Notes: a model not told the origin generated them from the letters alone. Positions 43,121-59,096 are shown, counted from the stretch's first letter. The stretch: DNA of 64,000 nucleotides from Eledone cirrhosa (GCA_964016885.1 OZ024740.1:352532001-352596000); one strand, 5' to 3'. Program-made: numbers and translations.

Positions 43121-43513
43121 AAAATATAGATAATATATAATAAAAGAATAAAAATTATAATTAAAAAATAGTGAATGAAAAATCAAGGAAAAAAAAACGA
43201 TGCAAATGTAGGCCAGGCAAATACTTGCGCACATATACAAATATAAAAATAAAAACACACACGTATTTATACGTATATTTACACATACATATACATACGC
43301 ACGTGCAATATAAGTCAGTGTTAATAAATATACAAAAAACAAAAACAAAAAAATACGTGGATATACACATATATACACAATTTAAGCAGACAGGCAGGCG
43401 TAAATAAAATAATATAAATACGTACATACATACATACATGCACAAAGGCAACAAATACCCGCATATATACATATAGAAATATATATACACACATAAACTA
43501 TACATACATATAT

Positions 43514-43790
43514 AATAATTGTTTCTAAATTTGGCACAAGGCCAGCAATTATCCCAGTGTATTACTGGTACTTTATTTTATCGACCCCGTAAGGAAAAAA
43601 GGCAAACTTAACCCCGGCGGGATTTGAACTCAGACCATAAAGGGACGTAACTCTTTGCTGCAATCCACCGCCACATACATATATAATAATTGTTTCTACT
43701 TTTGACACAAGGCCAGGAATTACCCAGTACATTACTGGTACTTTATTTTATCGACCCCGTAAGGATGAAAGGCAAAGTTAATAATAGTAA
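43514..43790 (-). mobile_element. Two adjacent SINE copies (43514-43672 internally deleted; 43684-43790 5'-truncated)
   Basis: Same family core in both. Confidence 0.85.
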
Positions 43791-43849
43791 TAAACGAAAG
43801 ATATATACTTTATATCATCTCTATTTATTTCATTATATATATTTCGAAG

Positions 43850-45705
43850 ATGCAAAGATTTATGTATAACATAAACCAGAAGATGTATAATATAAACCAG
43901 AACATATATAATTTTTCATGGTATGCTGGTAGCCAGCGAGCTGGACAGATCGGTGATTCCTTGATTATCATTAGGAGTTAAATCTCTATGAATAGTTCCT
44001 AGATTTCTATTATTAATTTTAGTTATAAAGGCGGTGGATTGGCAGTATCGACTGAGGGTCGGACACCATGCTTTGCAGCATAGAGTTACGGCCCTTTATG
44101 ATCTGAGTTCAAATGCCACCGAAGTTAACTTTGCCTTTCATCCTTACGGAGTCGATAAAATAAAGTACCAGTCATGCACTGGGATCGATTTAATCAACTT
44201 TCCCCAAAATTGCTAGCCTTGTTCCTATATAAAAAAAACCCATTAATTTTAGCTATATTTTGGGCAATGTTCTTAGTGGTTGAGTATGAGAGTTTAATTG
44301 TATGTCTATTAAAATTCTACTATATTTATGCGTTTTGGGGAAGCATTTATCAAGAGCATTGAAGAAAAGGTGAGCTAAGTTTTTCTTGATTCCTAGAAAT
44401 AGTGGTGGAGAATACCATAAAATAGAACGAGAACGAATTCTTTTATATGACTTATTGGTTTTATAGGAGTTATATCGATTATAAGATGATTTGACCTAGT
44501 TCTGTCGCTTAAGTTACGGATATTAACATTATTACAATGGCAGTATCGGTAGAGGGTTGGACGCCATGTTTTCTAGCATAGTTACGTCCCTTTACAGTCT
44601 GAGTTCAAATCCCACCGAGGTTAACTTTGCTTTCATCCTTACGGGGTCAATAAAATAAAGTACCAGTAATGTACTGGGTAATTGCTGGCCTTGTGCCTAA
44701 AGTAGAAACAATTATTACAATTGTTGTGAGATGTATATGTATTAGTATTTATATTAAATGAATGTTGATTTATATACGGGGAGGGGGTGTAAGCATGTTT
44801 ATCTATGTATTCAATTTTATCAGGTTAACCTGTTCTATTTAATGCATCGTTATAGTATTTGGCCTTATTGTAAAAAAATTTTTTATTGGCTGAGAGTGTA
44901 GAGATTCTTTGCTGAATACTATTAACTATAGCCCTTTCAACATATCTAGGGTGGTTTGAATGGAAGCTAACATAATTAAGGTTTTCATGGAACGGGTAGT
45001 AAAAGCCAGAAATAAAGTTTAATGTTATATCTAGGAAATCAACTATTCTATTATTATATTCAATTTCGAGTTTAAGACCGTAATTGTTAAAAAGATCAGT
45101 TATAATTTTCTCTTTTCTATTAAGGGCGCTATTATTATGGTTAATTACTACAAAAAAGAGCATCATCTCGATATAAACCTCCGCCAAGCTCAGGTAATCT
45201 TCTGTGAATTAGGTTAAGAATGAAAATTCCAATGAGGTCGGTGACCTGAGCTGGGTCTGTGGGTCCCATAATAATGTCAAAATTTCCAGGTCTATTGGCT
45301 CTAGTCTATAGATCAACATTGAAATCAATTATAATCTTTCTAGCAGTAAGGATAATATTAATTTTATCAGTCGAAAGACCTGTATGTTTTGTTGCGTATC
45401 ATAAGGCGTTGTTAAGTAACGCCGGAGAAATAGAAGTGTAGTAATTGGTTATATCCAGTTGAATAAATTTGGTCTTGCTTTTACTTTGAAGTTTGGTGAA
45501 CCAGTCGATAACCTCATTGGTACTATTCCATAATTTTAGTTGAGATCGAAACTTTAGAACTGGTATGATTCTGTCCAAGATGTTTTTACTATAAGTCTGA
45601 CAGGTAGCTCGGATTCAAAATTGTCCGTATGATTTTTCATATTTAACTTCGGTATTTTAGGTATAAAATGTTCAGTTCTGCGTTCAATCCCAAGTTTAAA
45701 AACAA
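43850..45705 (-). mobile_element. Decayed Penelope-like RT with two SINE insertions (44030-44225; 44537-44716 with TSD ATTATTACAAT)
   Basis: KFIQLDITNYY, VDFLDITLN, SNHP, SIQQRISTLS, IKLSYSTT on minus; many stops. Confidence 0.85.
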
Positions 45706-45803
45706 CTAGCTGAGGTACCCGGCTTTTCCCGGGAGAATAGTTAAGAGAAGACGGATAAAACGACTGTATTGGATGTGTTGTCTGGTATGAGGTGAGATCA
45801 TAA

Positions 45804-45898
<95 letters not shown>

Positions 45899-46110
45899 AA
45901 AACCCATAATAGAACTTCCTTATTAGGCTTGAGGAGTAAACTGTCGATTAAATGGTAGCATTGGCCTTGGATTTTAAATGTTGTGAAATAACCATAGTCA
46001 GTATGATCTTTTTCGGCTCCAAAGGAAGTATCTGAAACGCATCAATATACCGCATAACATTGCTTTTGAAGTGTTGATTCGTTAGTACTGACTGTAAGTA
46101 ATATATGGAG
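45706..46110 (-). mobile_element. Non-autonomous Helitron abutting the PLE (5' limit uncertain)
   Basis: Minus: CCCGG-GAAAAG-CCGGG hairpin then TACCTCAG-CTAG|T; internal (CT)n(CA)n. Confidence 0.6.
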
Positions 46111-46159
46111 GGTGGATTAATTTCAAATAGTATCAATTTTTCTTTGTTCTATAATAGTA

Positions 46160-48571
<2,412 letters not shown>

Positions 48572-48625
48572 AATATTATTCAAAATGTTAATAAATAAAA
48601 AATATTCTCATAATCAAAATATATA

Positions 48626-48684
48626 TTTTATTATATATATTTCAAAGGTACAATTGTGTTTAAGTACGTTTTCATCAGACAAAA
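48626..48684 (-). ncRNA. Type-I hammerhead (pLTR fragment, same family as 58549)
   Basis: TTTTGT-CTGATGA-AAACGTAC...GTACCTTT-GAAA-TATATAT-A-ATAAAA. Confidence 0.75.
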
Positions 48685-48891
48685 TATATGATTTGATATG
48701 TGACATACCGCTACAGTTTTGATTATTCAATTCCAGTATTGGCAGTCAACTGTTGAGTGCTTCTAATCTATTGTAATATTGTATTCGTTGAGTAATCAAC
48801 GAACCATATTAATCTTTGGTTATATATATACATACATACATACGAACATATATATGTAAACTCGAAACTATTAATAAAGAAGCTTTCGAAA

Positions 48892-48966
48892 TCTATATAT
48901 ATAAAAGAAAGATGTTTATTGGTTGGCTGGTTAGCTGGCTGGTTGGTTGAATCACTCGAAAACTAC
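48892..48966 (+). mobile_element. Helitron 5' fragment
   Basis: A|TCTATATATATAAAAG, (TTGG)n-like tract, AATCACTCGAAAACTAC: typical start of non-autonomous Helitrons. Confidence 0.5.
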
Positions 48967-49117
48967 ACACACACAAACATCTAAAGAGGGAGAGACACAG
49001 AGGGAGAGGCAGAAAGAGAGAGAGATAGGCCGTTATACAGGGAGAGATACAATTAGTGTTAGATATTCAGAGAGATACAAGTGTTAGATATTCAGAGAGA
49101 GAGAGAGAGAGGGGGGG

Positions 49118-49169
<52 letters not shown>

Positions 49170-49173
<4 letters not shown>

Positions 49174-49592
49174 GGCACGTCTACAGGATGAAAGATCATC
49201 GCCTGTCCAGGTCACGCTGTACGGCAAACTCTTCACTGGCCATCACGAGAGGGGGGCACCAAGGAAGCGATACAAGGACTGTTTGAAAAAATCCATTAGT
49301 GCCTGTCCCATCGGCCATCCCCAGTGATTCACCTTAGCTGAGAACCGTGACGCCTGCCGTCTCACCATCAACCACGCTGTGTCCTCCTTCAAAAACACCC
49401 GCTGGGCCACCCTTGAGGACAATAGGCACAAGGGGACACCAACACCAAGTCATGAAACCCTGACCGGACGTTCAGTTGCAGCCGCTGCGGCCTTGCTTAC
49501 CTGCCTCGCATTGGCCTGATCAGCCAATAGTATGCCTGCACACAACGTGCACCAACCCCTTTATAATCTTCGATTGCCAAGTTATGATTATT
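49170..49592 (+). mobile_element. RTE LINE 3' fragment with C-terminal zinc finger
   Basis: GHVYRMKDHRL..LYGKL..RGAPRKRYKDCLK..CSRCG..RIGLIS. Confidence 0.82.
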
Positions 49593-49944
49593 ATGGAGGG
49601 GTAGCCTTCTCGTCACATAGCCGAATCATTTCCGTCTATTCTATCATATTACTTCAGTAATTGTGTATGTCTTGTGCAAAGCTTTTCTTGTAAAGTTATT
49701 TCTATTCTTGTCTCTTACTGATATCCTTAGTATGAACCATAGCACCGCATTTCAAAAACTTCTACTTTGGGTATAACTTGTTTATTTTCTCTTAGCTTAT
49801 TATTCTTCATAGCACGATGTTTCTACAGAGAAATGATGTTTGTTATCTCAGATAAATCAGAATGGATGCAGTAAAAACCTGTTACACCTTTACTCACCAG
49901 AGTACTCGATACTTGGGGTAGTAGAGTGTGGTAATATGAAGGAG

Positions 49945-50035
49945 ATGGAACCCCGACGGCTGAGCTCCTGACGTTTCAACAGCTAGTTCGGAACTAGCTG
50001 TTGAAACGGCAGGTGCTCGGCCTATGGAGTCCCGA
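49945..50035. repeat. Fold-back of a half hammerhead (28714 family)
   Basis: GTTTCAACAGCTAGTTC-G-GAACTAGCTGTTGAAAC, centre 49990. Confidence 0.75.
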
Positions 50036-50038
50036 CTC

Positions 50039-50109
<71 letters not shown>

Positions 50110-50194
50110 GAGGTTATAACTGATATAAAGCACTCAACAGTTTAGTGGAGTAAATACACAATATATGGAAACTATATTTATAAAACCATATTTA

Positions 50195-50256
50195 TTTTAT
50201 TATATATATTTCAAGGGCAACCAAGGAAAATTATGGTGCGCTTTCATCAGATAAAA
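50195..50256 (-). ncRNA. Type-I hammerhead
   Basis: TTTTAT-CTGATGA-AAGCGCACCA...TGGTTGCCCTT-GAAA-TATATAT-A-ATAAAA. Confidence 0.78.
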
Positions 50257-50297
50257 TACAGATTTGTTTTATAAATAAATATTAACATACCCGGAAA

Positions 50298-50672
50298 AAA
50301 AAGACAACCTTAACGGTTGGAGCTTCCTGGATAGACTATCCAGGAAGCTCCTACCGTTAAGGTTGTCTTTTTATTAAACAAAAGACAATTAAAAATGAGA
50401 AAAATTGTTCAACTTACTCTCATTGTTAATCTGCTAGTTGGAAGAAAATAATAATAAGCTGTCGGAACTAGCATAGGTATCACTGCTAGTACCGGTTGCA
50501 TCTCAGCGCACTCAATAGGAAATGTTAAGTAATCTCCCAGTAATACAACGCACGTACTAGCAGTGATACCTATGCTAGTTCCGACAGCTTATTATTATTT
50601 TCTTCCAACTAGCAGATTAACAATGAGAGTAAGTTGAACAATTTTTCACATTTTTAATTGTCTTTTGTTTAA
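50298..50672. repeat. Two adjacent inverted repeats (50298-50372 with 1-nt loop; 50373-50672 with ~118-bp arms)
   Basis: GGAGCTTCCTGGATAG-A-CTATCCAGGAAGCTCC; AAACAAAAGACAATT...AATTGTCTTTTGTTT. The inner part recurs at 51395-51478. Confidence 0.88.
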
Positions 50673-51217
50673 TATACGCTCTAATACCTATTATATATTT
50701 CTCTCTCACTCACATATTGAATTGTACAAGTTGTGAAAGTGACCAGTTTACGCACGTGGTTGGTCGAAATATGTAGAATTCGAACTCTAACCAGCGCGCT
50801 AATTCTATATCGCTGTCTAATCACCTGTTGGCATTTAATGTCCGAAAAGATTTTAGGCACTACCATTGTTACTATCGCACTATTTCTCGCCATGGGACTT
50901 GGAAACTGGAGCCAAATACTAACATTCTAATGTACAGCGATTGGAGACTGAATTTTCTAATAACCGACTTTTCACTCGCTTGTTAATTTTTTTGAGATAC
51001 GTTGGCTAAGTGCTTATGGGGGGGAGCGGAACTATTTGAATTTCGTCTCCTGCCGTTACGTTAATTTCTGAATCCGTAGCCAATCGGTGGACGGCATTGT
51101 GATGACGCGTAGGGATTTCAGTTGCTATTGTTTTACTAAACTGGCCGTCACCTACAGTCATAGCCGACATGGACTGGAATCGAATTCTGTCCATCGATTG
51201 GTTATTGATTAGTCGAA

Positions 51218-51330
51218 ACCCGTTGATGAAGCCACATGTGCCGATTGTGCATTGTTGCATAATAAATGCAGGCAGTAGATGTTGTACACTCTATTGCTGC
51301 ATTAAGTGTGGCCGAAACTCGAGTACGGGT
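51218..51330 (+). ncRNA. Type-I hammerhead with multibranched ~85-nt helix II (core TTGATGA)
   Basis: ACCCG-TTGATGA-AGCCACAT...GTGTGGCC-GAAA-CTCGAG-TA-CGGGT. Confidence 0.8.
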
Positions 51331-51473
51331 AAAGATTGAAGGTACCAATTTACGTGCGTTGTATTGAGGCGAATAACTTTGTGTATACTCTGAGAGTTTA
51401 CTTAACATTACCTATGGAGTACGCTGAGATGCAACCGGTACTAGCAGTGAAACCCATGCTAGTTCCGTCAACT

Positions 51474-51643
<170 letters not shown>

Positions 51644-51719
51644 AAAAGGCAAACAGAAATAACAAAGCAAACGACACAGTACAATGAAGAAATATATTAT
51701 TAATTTTACGCTTAGTCTA

Positions 51720-52095
51720 TGAAGTTGATGTAGACTACGAGAAAGCGTTCGACAGTGTGGACAGTACGACACTGTGGGAGATGCTGATGCAATACGTACT
51801 GCCTGGAAAGATTATCACCCTCATCCGGTGGACCTGAGCAGTTCGAGAACAAGTGGCAAAGATACTGAGGAGGAAATGGAGATGGATTGGACATACTCTC
51901 AAGAATCCAACATCCACACGCCAAGCCCTGACCTGGATCCCTCAGGATGAGAGGAAGACAGGCCGACCCTGCGGCAGCTGGAGGCGTGTTCTGAGGCTGA
52001 ATTAAGAAAGCTAGAAGCCAACTGGAGTTAGTGGCGAGAGCAACCCATGATTGTGTACAGTGGCGGAGGGTCGTCAACGGCCTATGGCCCAGAAA
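51720..52095 (+). mobile_element. Internally deleted RTE LINE fragment
   Basis: VDYEKAFDSVD..LWEML; RRKWRWIGHTL; QALTWIPQ..GRP; WRRVVNGLWP. Confidence 0.8.
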
Positions 52096-52110
52096 GAGAG
52101 AGAGAGAGAG

Positions 52111-52194
<84 letters not shown>

Positions 52195-52198
<4 letters not shown>

Positions 52199-52330
52199 AA
52201 ATATAAACAGAAATAACAACACAAACGGTACAGTATAGGGAAAGAATATATTAGTTTAACGCTTGAAATAGCAGGAAGAGGTCTTAATATTTTGGACCGT
52301 AGTCCTTCATCAGAAGAAAGAATGAGAAAT
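52195..52330 (-). mobile_element. Solo pLTR of the 46160 family with degenerate HHR (52282-52317)
   Basis: Reverse complement of 48400-48530; GAAA mutated to AAAA. Confidence 0.75.
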
Positions 52331-52441
52331 ATATATATATATGGAGAGAGAGGGGTGGGGAGTGAGAGAGAGAGTGAGGGGGGGTTCTTTGATTTACGTA
52401 CTAAGATCTAAAGTAAAATATTTTTTCTGGTTTGCTTTCAG

Positions 52442-52650
52442 GTATGTGTTTCTTCAAAATTGCCCAACTTGTGGATAATAAAAATACTTGGAAAAGGCGA
52501 ATGACTATTGTATCAAGTGTTTTGTTCTTGATTTTAGGATTCATAGTTTTCTGCGTATCATCAACTGCTATGGTGTATGAATATCTTAAATACCAACCCC
52601 ATGATGATATCTGTAAATATGCTTTGAACTCTACTGCCAACTCGTTGTAG
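52442..52650 (+). CDS. Possible terminal exon of an SLC38A7/8-like transporter (last TM helix), orphan in this window
   Basis: TTTGCTTTCAG|GT ATG TGT: (G)MCFFKIAQLVDNKNTWKRRMTIVSSVLFLILGFIVFCVSSTAMVYE..*, resembling the segment after FPG in SLC38A7. Confidence 0.55.
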
Positions 52651-53408
52651 TTTTGAATCTATGGAGTATATTTTGATTTATTAGACTTTAATTATATTTA
52701 TGTTAGTCCAAAAACACTTTCAAATATTATTTACTTAATAGTTAGCATAAAGACTTGACATATTCCTTAGTTTAGAAAAATATATGCCATAAATTCTTGA
52801 AATCTATCTTTCTTAACCCGTAACCCCTGGTGGGGTTCTAGGGACTCCGTAGTGACATGTAGTGTGTCCTGGGTATTTTTTAAACATGGCAGAGCCCATC
52901 ACCGCTCCAGGTCTGAACACTGCTGATTTCTTCAAAAAAAGGTGTGACAGAAGAGAGAATTGGGAGAGAAATATAAAGGAAGAGTTGTTCCCAGTACGAG
53001 ACTGGGATTTTTTTTATATCTACCTCGAAAGGTAGAAAGAAAGTTTACCTTGGCGAGATTCGAACTCACAGCGCAGAGAGCTGAAATGTATATAGATATG
53101 GTTATATATAGTATTTGATTCTCAATCAATTTCTTAGTCAAAATTTAAGTATATACGTCAAACTTCCAACTATATGATTGATAATAATTGTCTTTGTAAA
53201 TTAAAAGAATTAAATTAATATAACGTATCAATATTTTATTTTATTATTAAATAGATGTTATTTTGTCATTTATGTACAAATTTCAGTTATACGTATAAAC
53301 TTCAATGCTCTAATTCCCCTTTAAATCAAGGTGATTTTCATTTGGAATAAATGCATGTCTCCCTCTCTACTCTCTCTATCCCTCTCTCTCCTTCTCTCTC
53401 TGTCTCTC

Positions 53409-53542
<134 letters not shown>

Positions 53543-53904
53543 AATATAAATTTAGCGAGAATCGCATTTCGGCGGGTAGAAATTAGCGAAACGCAACTTC
53601 CATATTGTGCAGACAAACGCTCCATGGATATGAAGAAGAAGATACCAGAGCTATAAACATAAGTTAAAATGGCCATACACGCTGAGACGAAGGTTAAGAA
53701 GCCATTAACCACCATAGCCAAAAAAGCGAACAAGCTAAACGGGTCAAACAAAATGAGATATGATTAAATATATATATATCAGATTGGAGGCGGTAAAAAC
53801 CAGTTAGACCATTACTCACTAGAGTACTCGATACTGGGGGGGGGGGGGGGGTTAGTAGAGTGGTGCGACCCCGGAGCTCAGCCGTCGGGGTCCTGAATGT
53901 TTTC

Positions 53905-53953
<49 letters not shown>

Positions 53954-54083
53954 TGTATATGTGTGTGTGTGTCTGTGTGTGTCTGTCTGTATAGTTCAAG
54001 AATAGAGAAGACAAAAAAGGAAAAAACAAAGTTTTATTAATTTCACGCTTTAGAAGTAAATGAGGGTTTCGAGATGGAGAGTT

Positions 54084-54191
<108 letters not shown>

Positions 54192-54890
54192 GAGAGGGGG
54201 GGGGGGATAAAAGGCTGGAACAACTGGATTTGGGAAAAAATTTAAGAAGGCTGGTGAGGATAGGCGAGTAATCCAGCGTGTGGGCTATTAGTGAGCTTTG
54301 ATACTCTAAAGTTTTACCTGCGCACTTACAGGATCACCAGTCTAGTCTGGTGAGTATGCAGGTGAGACTCCAGAGTAACAAGGCTTAGCCATAATAAATG
54401 AATATTTAAACTTTATTTCGGTATTGAGTTTTCATTCTTTTGTACTGAAGGGTTGTACTGAAGTGGCTAGGGTTTTTGTATTTTTATTAGCTCTATTTTA
54501 AAGGTAGTATATTAAAGGTAGTATAGTAATTGATTATTAATTTCATCCATTGAAATAGTCTCACCTAATAGTTTTGGACTTTACAGTAAAATGAATATAT
54601 CTATTTTTAAATGGTATTTTTAGCTGTATATTTTAAAAATTTAATTTATGGTTATTAATTATGCTCTTATGTAAATATTGGTGGGTATAAATTTACACCT
54701 GTTGCATTAGTCTCTCGTATGTCTTTACAATAAACTACATATAAACCATTACATTATGCTATGTGATTGAGTTCTAATTAAGGTACACATGCATAATTCT
54801 TTAAGGTTTTTCTATAAAAGGAATTCTGACATTGCCATATACAAAGGAAGTTCTTAATATCTTAGTATATCTTGAACTCATTATTAATTC

Positions 54891-55080
54891 TGGTGGAATG
54901 GCAGTATCGGTAGAGGGTCGGACGCCATGCTTTGAAGCATAGAGTTACCTCCCTGTATGATCTGAGTTCAAATCTCGCCGAGGTTAACTTTGCCTTTCAT
55001 CCTTACGGGGTTGATAAAATAAAGTACCAGTAATGCACTGGTTAATTGCTGGCCTTGTGCCAAAAATAGAAACAATTATT
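54891..55080 (+). mobile_element. tRNA-type SINE (short head fragment follows at 55093-55115)
   Basis: Same family as 15944. Confidence 0.9.
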
Positions 55081-55511
55081 AATGCTATTCAGGGGCGGTG
55101 GATTGGCAGTATCGTAGGAATTAAAAAGTGAATTTAACTTTTTTGTCAGCTGAATTTAAGTTGTTAACCTTGGTCTTTTGTCGGCTGCTATTAAGCATAG
55201 CAAACGTCGGATTAAAATATAACTTCATAAGATCAGAAGAATGGTCAGAGAGGAGGGAGAGATTGAAAGAAAGAGAGTCTAAAGCATATGATGAGAAAAG
55301 AGAGAAGTAACAGATAGAGAAGAGAAGAATGATGGAGCAAAATTTTGCTTGTTTTTTTTTTTTTAGAAATACGAAAGAGAAAAAAGCAGTGGGGTAAGGA
55401 TGAAAAGTATAAACCAAGGGGAAACAAAGAAATGTAGTGTCGTAATCACCTCATCAGCTACCTTGCCAACATGATTTCTTGCACTGATCGCTTGAATCCT
55501 TTTCAATTATG

Positions 55512-55581
<70 letters not shown>

Positions 55582-55639
55582 GTACAAAAACATGTATACA
55601 CATGTATAAACATGTACATATATATATATATATATATAT

Positions 55640-55862
55640 GTATGTAAAAGGGATACAGAAATAACAACACAATCGGTACAGTATATGGAAGGGATATATT
55701 AGGTTAACGCTTGATATAGCAGGAAGAGAGTCTTAACATTTCGGACGCTAGTCCTTCATCAGGAGAAAGAATGAGAAATAAGATAGATTGAGGGGACGGG
55801 CGGGTTGGAATTGGGAAAAATGTATTTAGATAAAAATAACAGGTCCATTCATGTTGACATCT
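55640..55862 (-). mobile_element. Solo pLTR of the 46160 family with HHR (55731-55766)
   Basis: CTGATGA-AGGAC-TAGC-GTCC-GAAA-TGT-T-AAGA on minus. Confidence 0.82.
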
Positions 55863-56018
55863 CACACATATATACACACAATTACATATATATATATATA
55901 CATATACAAATGCACACATAAATATACACAGAAATATAAACATATACACACACATAAAAAAAATGTTTTTCACATACATACAATATAAATATACACACAA
56001 AAAATTCATATATGTTAA

Positions 56019-56054
<36 letters not shown>

Positions 56055-56057
<3 letters not shown>

Positions 56058-56213
56058 GAAAGACGTAAAATAAGAAAATTATAAAAATTTATTTACTTAC
56101 TAAAATTTCACTCCAACTAATTAGTTTCTGAAAGAGAATAAACATGGTTTCCGATTGGAACAACATGGAGAAATATCCTTTCGTCATCAGGGAGATCTGT
56201 TCTCAGATCTCCC
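56055..56213 (-). ncRNA. Third variant of the array-type hammerhead (56110-56195) plus tail, inverted against a PLE ORF
   Basis: CTCC-CTGATGA-CGAAAGG...TCTTTCA-GAAA-CTAATTAG-TT-GGAG. The tail ATGAAAGACGTAAAATAAG is shared with the 29655 and 61340 arrays. Confidence 0.85.
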
Positions 56214-57315
56214 ATGTTAGTTTTTATTCTAATCATCCTAAAAGTGTTAAGAATGCAATAGTTAACAGTGTACAACAACGAATATCCAGGCTGTCTGCTT
56301 ATAGATCCATATTTAATAGTAAGGCTGTATATTATAATGAAGCGTTACATAAATATTGAGTATATAGAAAAAATACTGAAAATAAAATTAATTATAATCA
56401 CAGTAATCATAATAAAAATGAATATAAAAACAACTTGATGAATAAATCAGGAAAAAAAATAAGAACTAGATCTATAATTTGCTATGCTCCGCCAGCATCT
56501 TTAGCTATTAAAACACCTGTCGCACATTTATTTTTTAAAGCTTTGGATAAATGCTTCCCTGGGTCACATAAATATTACTCTATCTTCAATAGACACACAG
56601 TTAAACTTTCTTATTCAACAACTATGAATATTGGTCAAAATATAGCAAAAATAAATAATAAAAGTCTTAATTTGAACCAACCTATAATTAGCAATAATAA
56701 CAATAATAATAGTTTTCAACTAGCAATAACCACGCCTCGGATAACCCTCATTGGCTATGGTAACAATACATTAGTTAATGGGAATAACAATAATAATAGT
56801 TTAAACACGAATAATAGTAGAAGACCTTTAAATAATAATGTGAATAGTTTAAGGTCTGTAAATAACATTCAGAAGAAATGTAATTGTAGAAAGAGGTCTG
56901 AATGTCCTTTACAAAATAATTGTCTTGACAAGAATCTAGTATAGAAATGTACCATTAAAACAAATAATAATAGATATAACTACATAGGTGCCACTTCATC
57001 TAAATTTAAGGAACGTTGGTATAATCATAGACATTCTTTCAATAAACCAGATAAGAAATGTTCAACTTCACTTTCACAATTAGTATGGTCTTTAAAGGAC
57101 AATAATATTAAATACTCCATCTCTTGGACGAAATTAAAGATTGCTACTTCCTATCAGAACTCAACTATTTCGCAAATTTGCAATCTTTGTAACCTTGAGA
57201 TTCTACAGATAATTACAAATTATGACAATTTAACAATTATTTAGTAGTTGTCATCATAAAATTGGTAAAAATTTCCAGGCAATGGATAATTTTCGAAAAA
57301 ATATTGACAATTAAT
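56213..57315 (+). mobile_element. 5'-truncated Penelope-like element (Hydra-like; thumb + GIY-YIG), decayed
   Basis: SNHPKSVKNAIVNSVQQRISRLS; VKLSYSTT; CNCRKRSECPL; YNYIGATSSKFKERWYNHRHSF; CNLCNLE. Confidence 0.9.
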
Positions 57316-58548
57316 AATTTAAATATATATATAAGTTTTGCCTTATTGCGATAATAATTTATTGATATTTATATGTATTAGAATAATTTCATTAAGAGTC
57401 TCGTTATCCTATGCTTTGATTAGGACAGTTCAATATTTAATTAGACATCAATTATGATATATACAATAGCTGTTTTATGGCTTTCGAAATATCGCTGGAC
57501 GTGAGAGTAGAGATAAGTTATAAATGTTTGTATATGGTGAATGAATTATCTTCCTTTTGTTTACATTGTCCGTAAAAATTTCTTTTCTTTTTGACTAGCT
57601 TGCTAAAATATATTAAATATGAAATATGTAGATTAATAATATATAGACTATCATTAAAAGGAAACTATATATCAAAATAAGTAAATATAACCTTTCATTA
57701 AATTAATGAAATAAAATTTTACAGTTTAATCCTAGGAATTAAATATAAATTAAAGAATAGTAAAGATTTTATAAAGAAAATATCCTAATTAAATAAAATA
57801 ATTTGGGTAATAAATAATCTAAATATATTATATGTATTGATGGTGATATACGCATGGTATTATATTTTAATACATATTTAATAATTATTTAAATACGCTT
57901 TAAAGATGAATTCTTTTAAAGTTGTAACAAAATATTTATAGAATATCTTACCTTAAAATTAAAAATTATAATAATCTATAATAAGTTAAATTAAATTATA
58001 TAAATTTATAATTAAACTAAATATGTGATTGCTATAGAAAGTAATTTATACTGATTAATTTTGATATAATATATAAGTATAATTAACTAAAGCATAATCA
58101 AATACAAGAGATATTCTATTGTTTATGTGAATAGATTTGATGTCTTATTTGATCTAACATTTGAAAACAACGTTTTTTTATTATCCCCCTCTATTCGATG
58201 TTCCCTTATTTTTCTTTACCCCTCTTTGTTCCCTTTTACTTTCCCCACACCTTACCTCTCTTTTGTCGTTATTCCTCTTTTCTTTTTTGTATATTTCTTT
58301 TATTCATTCATCCATTTATTTTTTTAATCATTTATCTAGTCATGTATGTATTTATTTATTTATTTCTTGCCTTTCCTCTTCTTTACACCTCCTCTTATAT
58401 CTCTAATTTGCTCAACGTCCTTTTCTTCTTTAAGTTTATCTTATTATTTGTGATATAAAAAGGTTGAGATTTGATGAAATAAATCACTGCCAATACTGGA
58501 ATTGAATAATCAAGACCGTAGCGGTATGTCATATATCAAATCATATAT

Positions 58549-58608
58549 TTTGTCTGATGAGGACGTACTGAAAAAACAACACAGTACCTTTGAAATATAT
58601 ATAATAAA
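58549..58608 (+). ncRNA. Type-I hammerhead
   Basis: TTTGT-CTGATGA-GGACGTACTG...CAGTACCTTT-GAAA-TATATAT-A-ATAAA. Confidence 0.78.
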
Positions 58609-58652
58609 GTATATATTTTGATTATGAGAATATTTTTCATTTGTTAACATTT

Positions 58653-58698
<46 letters not shown>

Positions 58699-58933
58699 AA
58701 AATAAGACTCCAGTTGCATTTTCGATTTCATCTTTTTTTCTTTATACTTTCACTCGTGTAGGACACCTCGGATATTTTTCATTTTGTTATTATATATACA
58801 TGTAATTGTGTGTATATATGTACATGTTTATACGTGTGTATACATGTTTTTGTGCGTCTGTGTATGTATGTATATATTCGTGTACGTATGTATATGTGTA
58901 TATGCATGCAACTGTACGTATGCATGTGTGTTG

Positions 58934-58978
<45 letters not shown>

Positions 58979-59096
58979 TAAACGGAATAGAAAATGCTGA
59001 CAAATTGTTCACAGTTGAAAAATGGTTTAATTAGGAATAAAAGAGTATTAGTGATTGTATGGGTTAGTATTCAGTTGTGGTTTTAAACTTAAAAAC

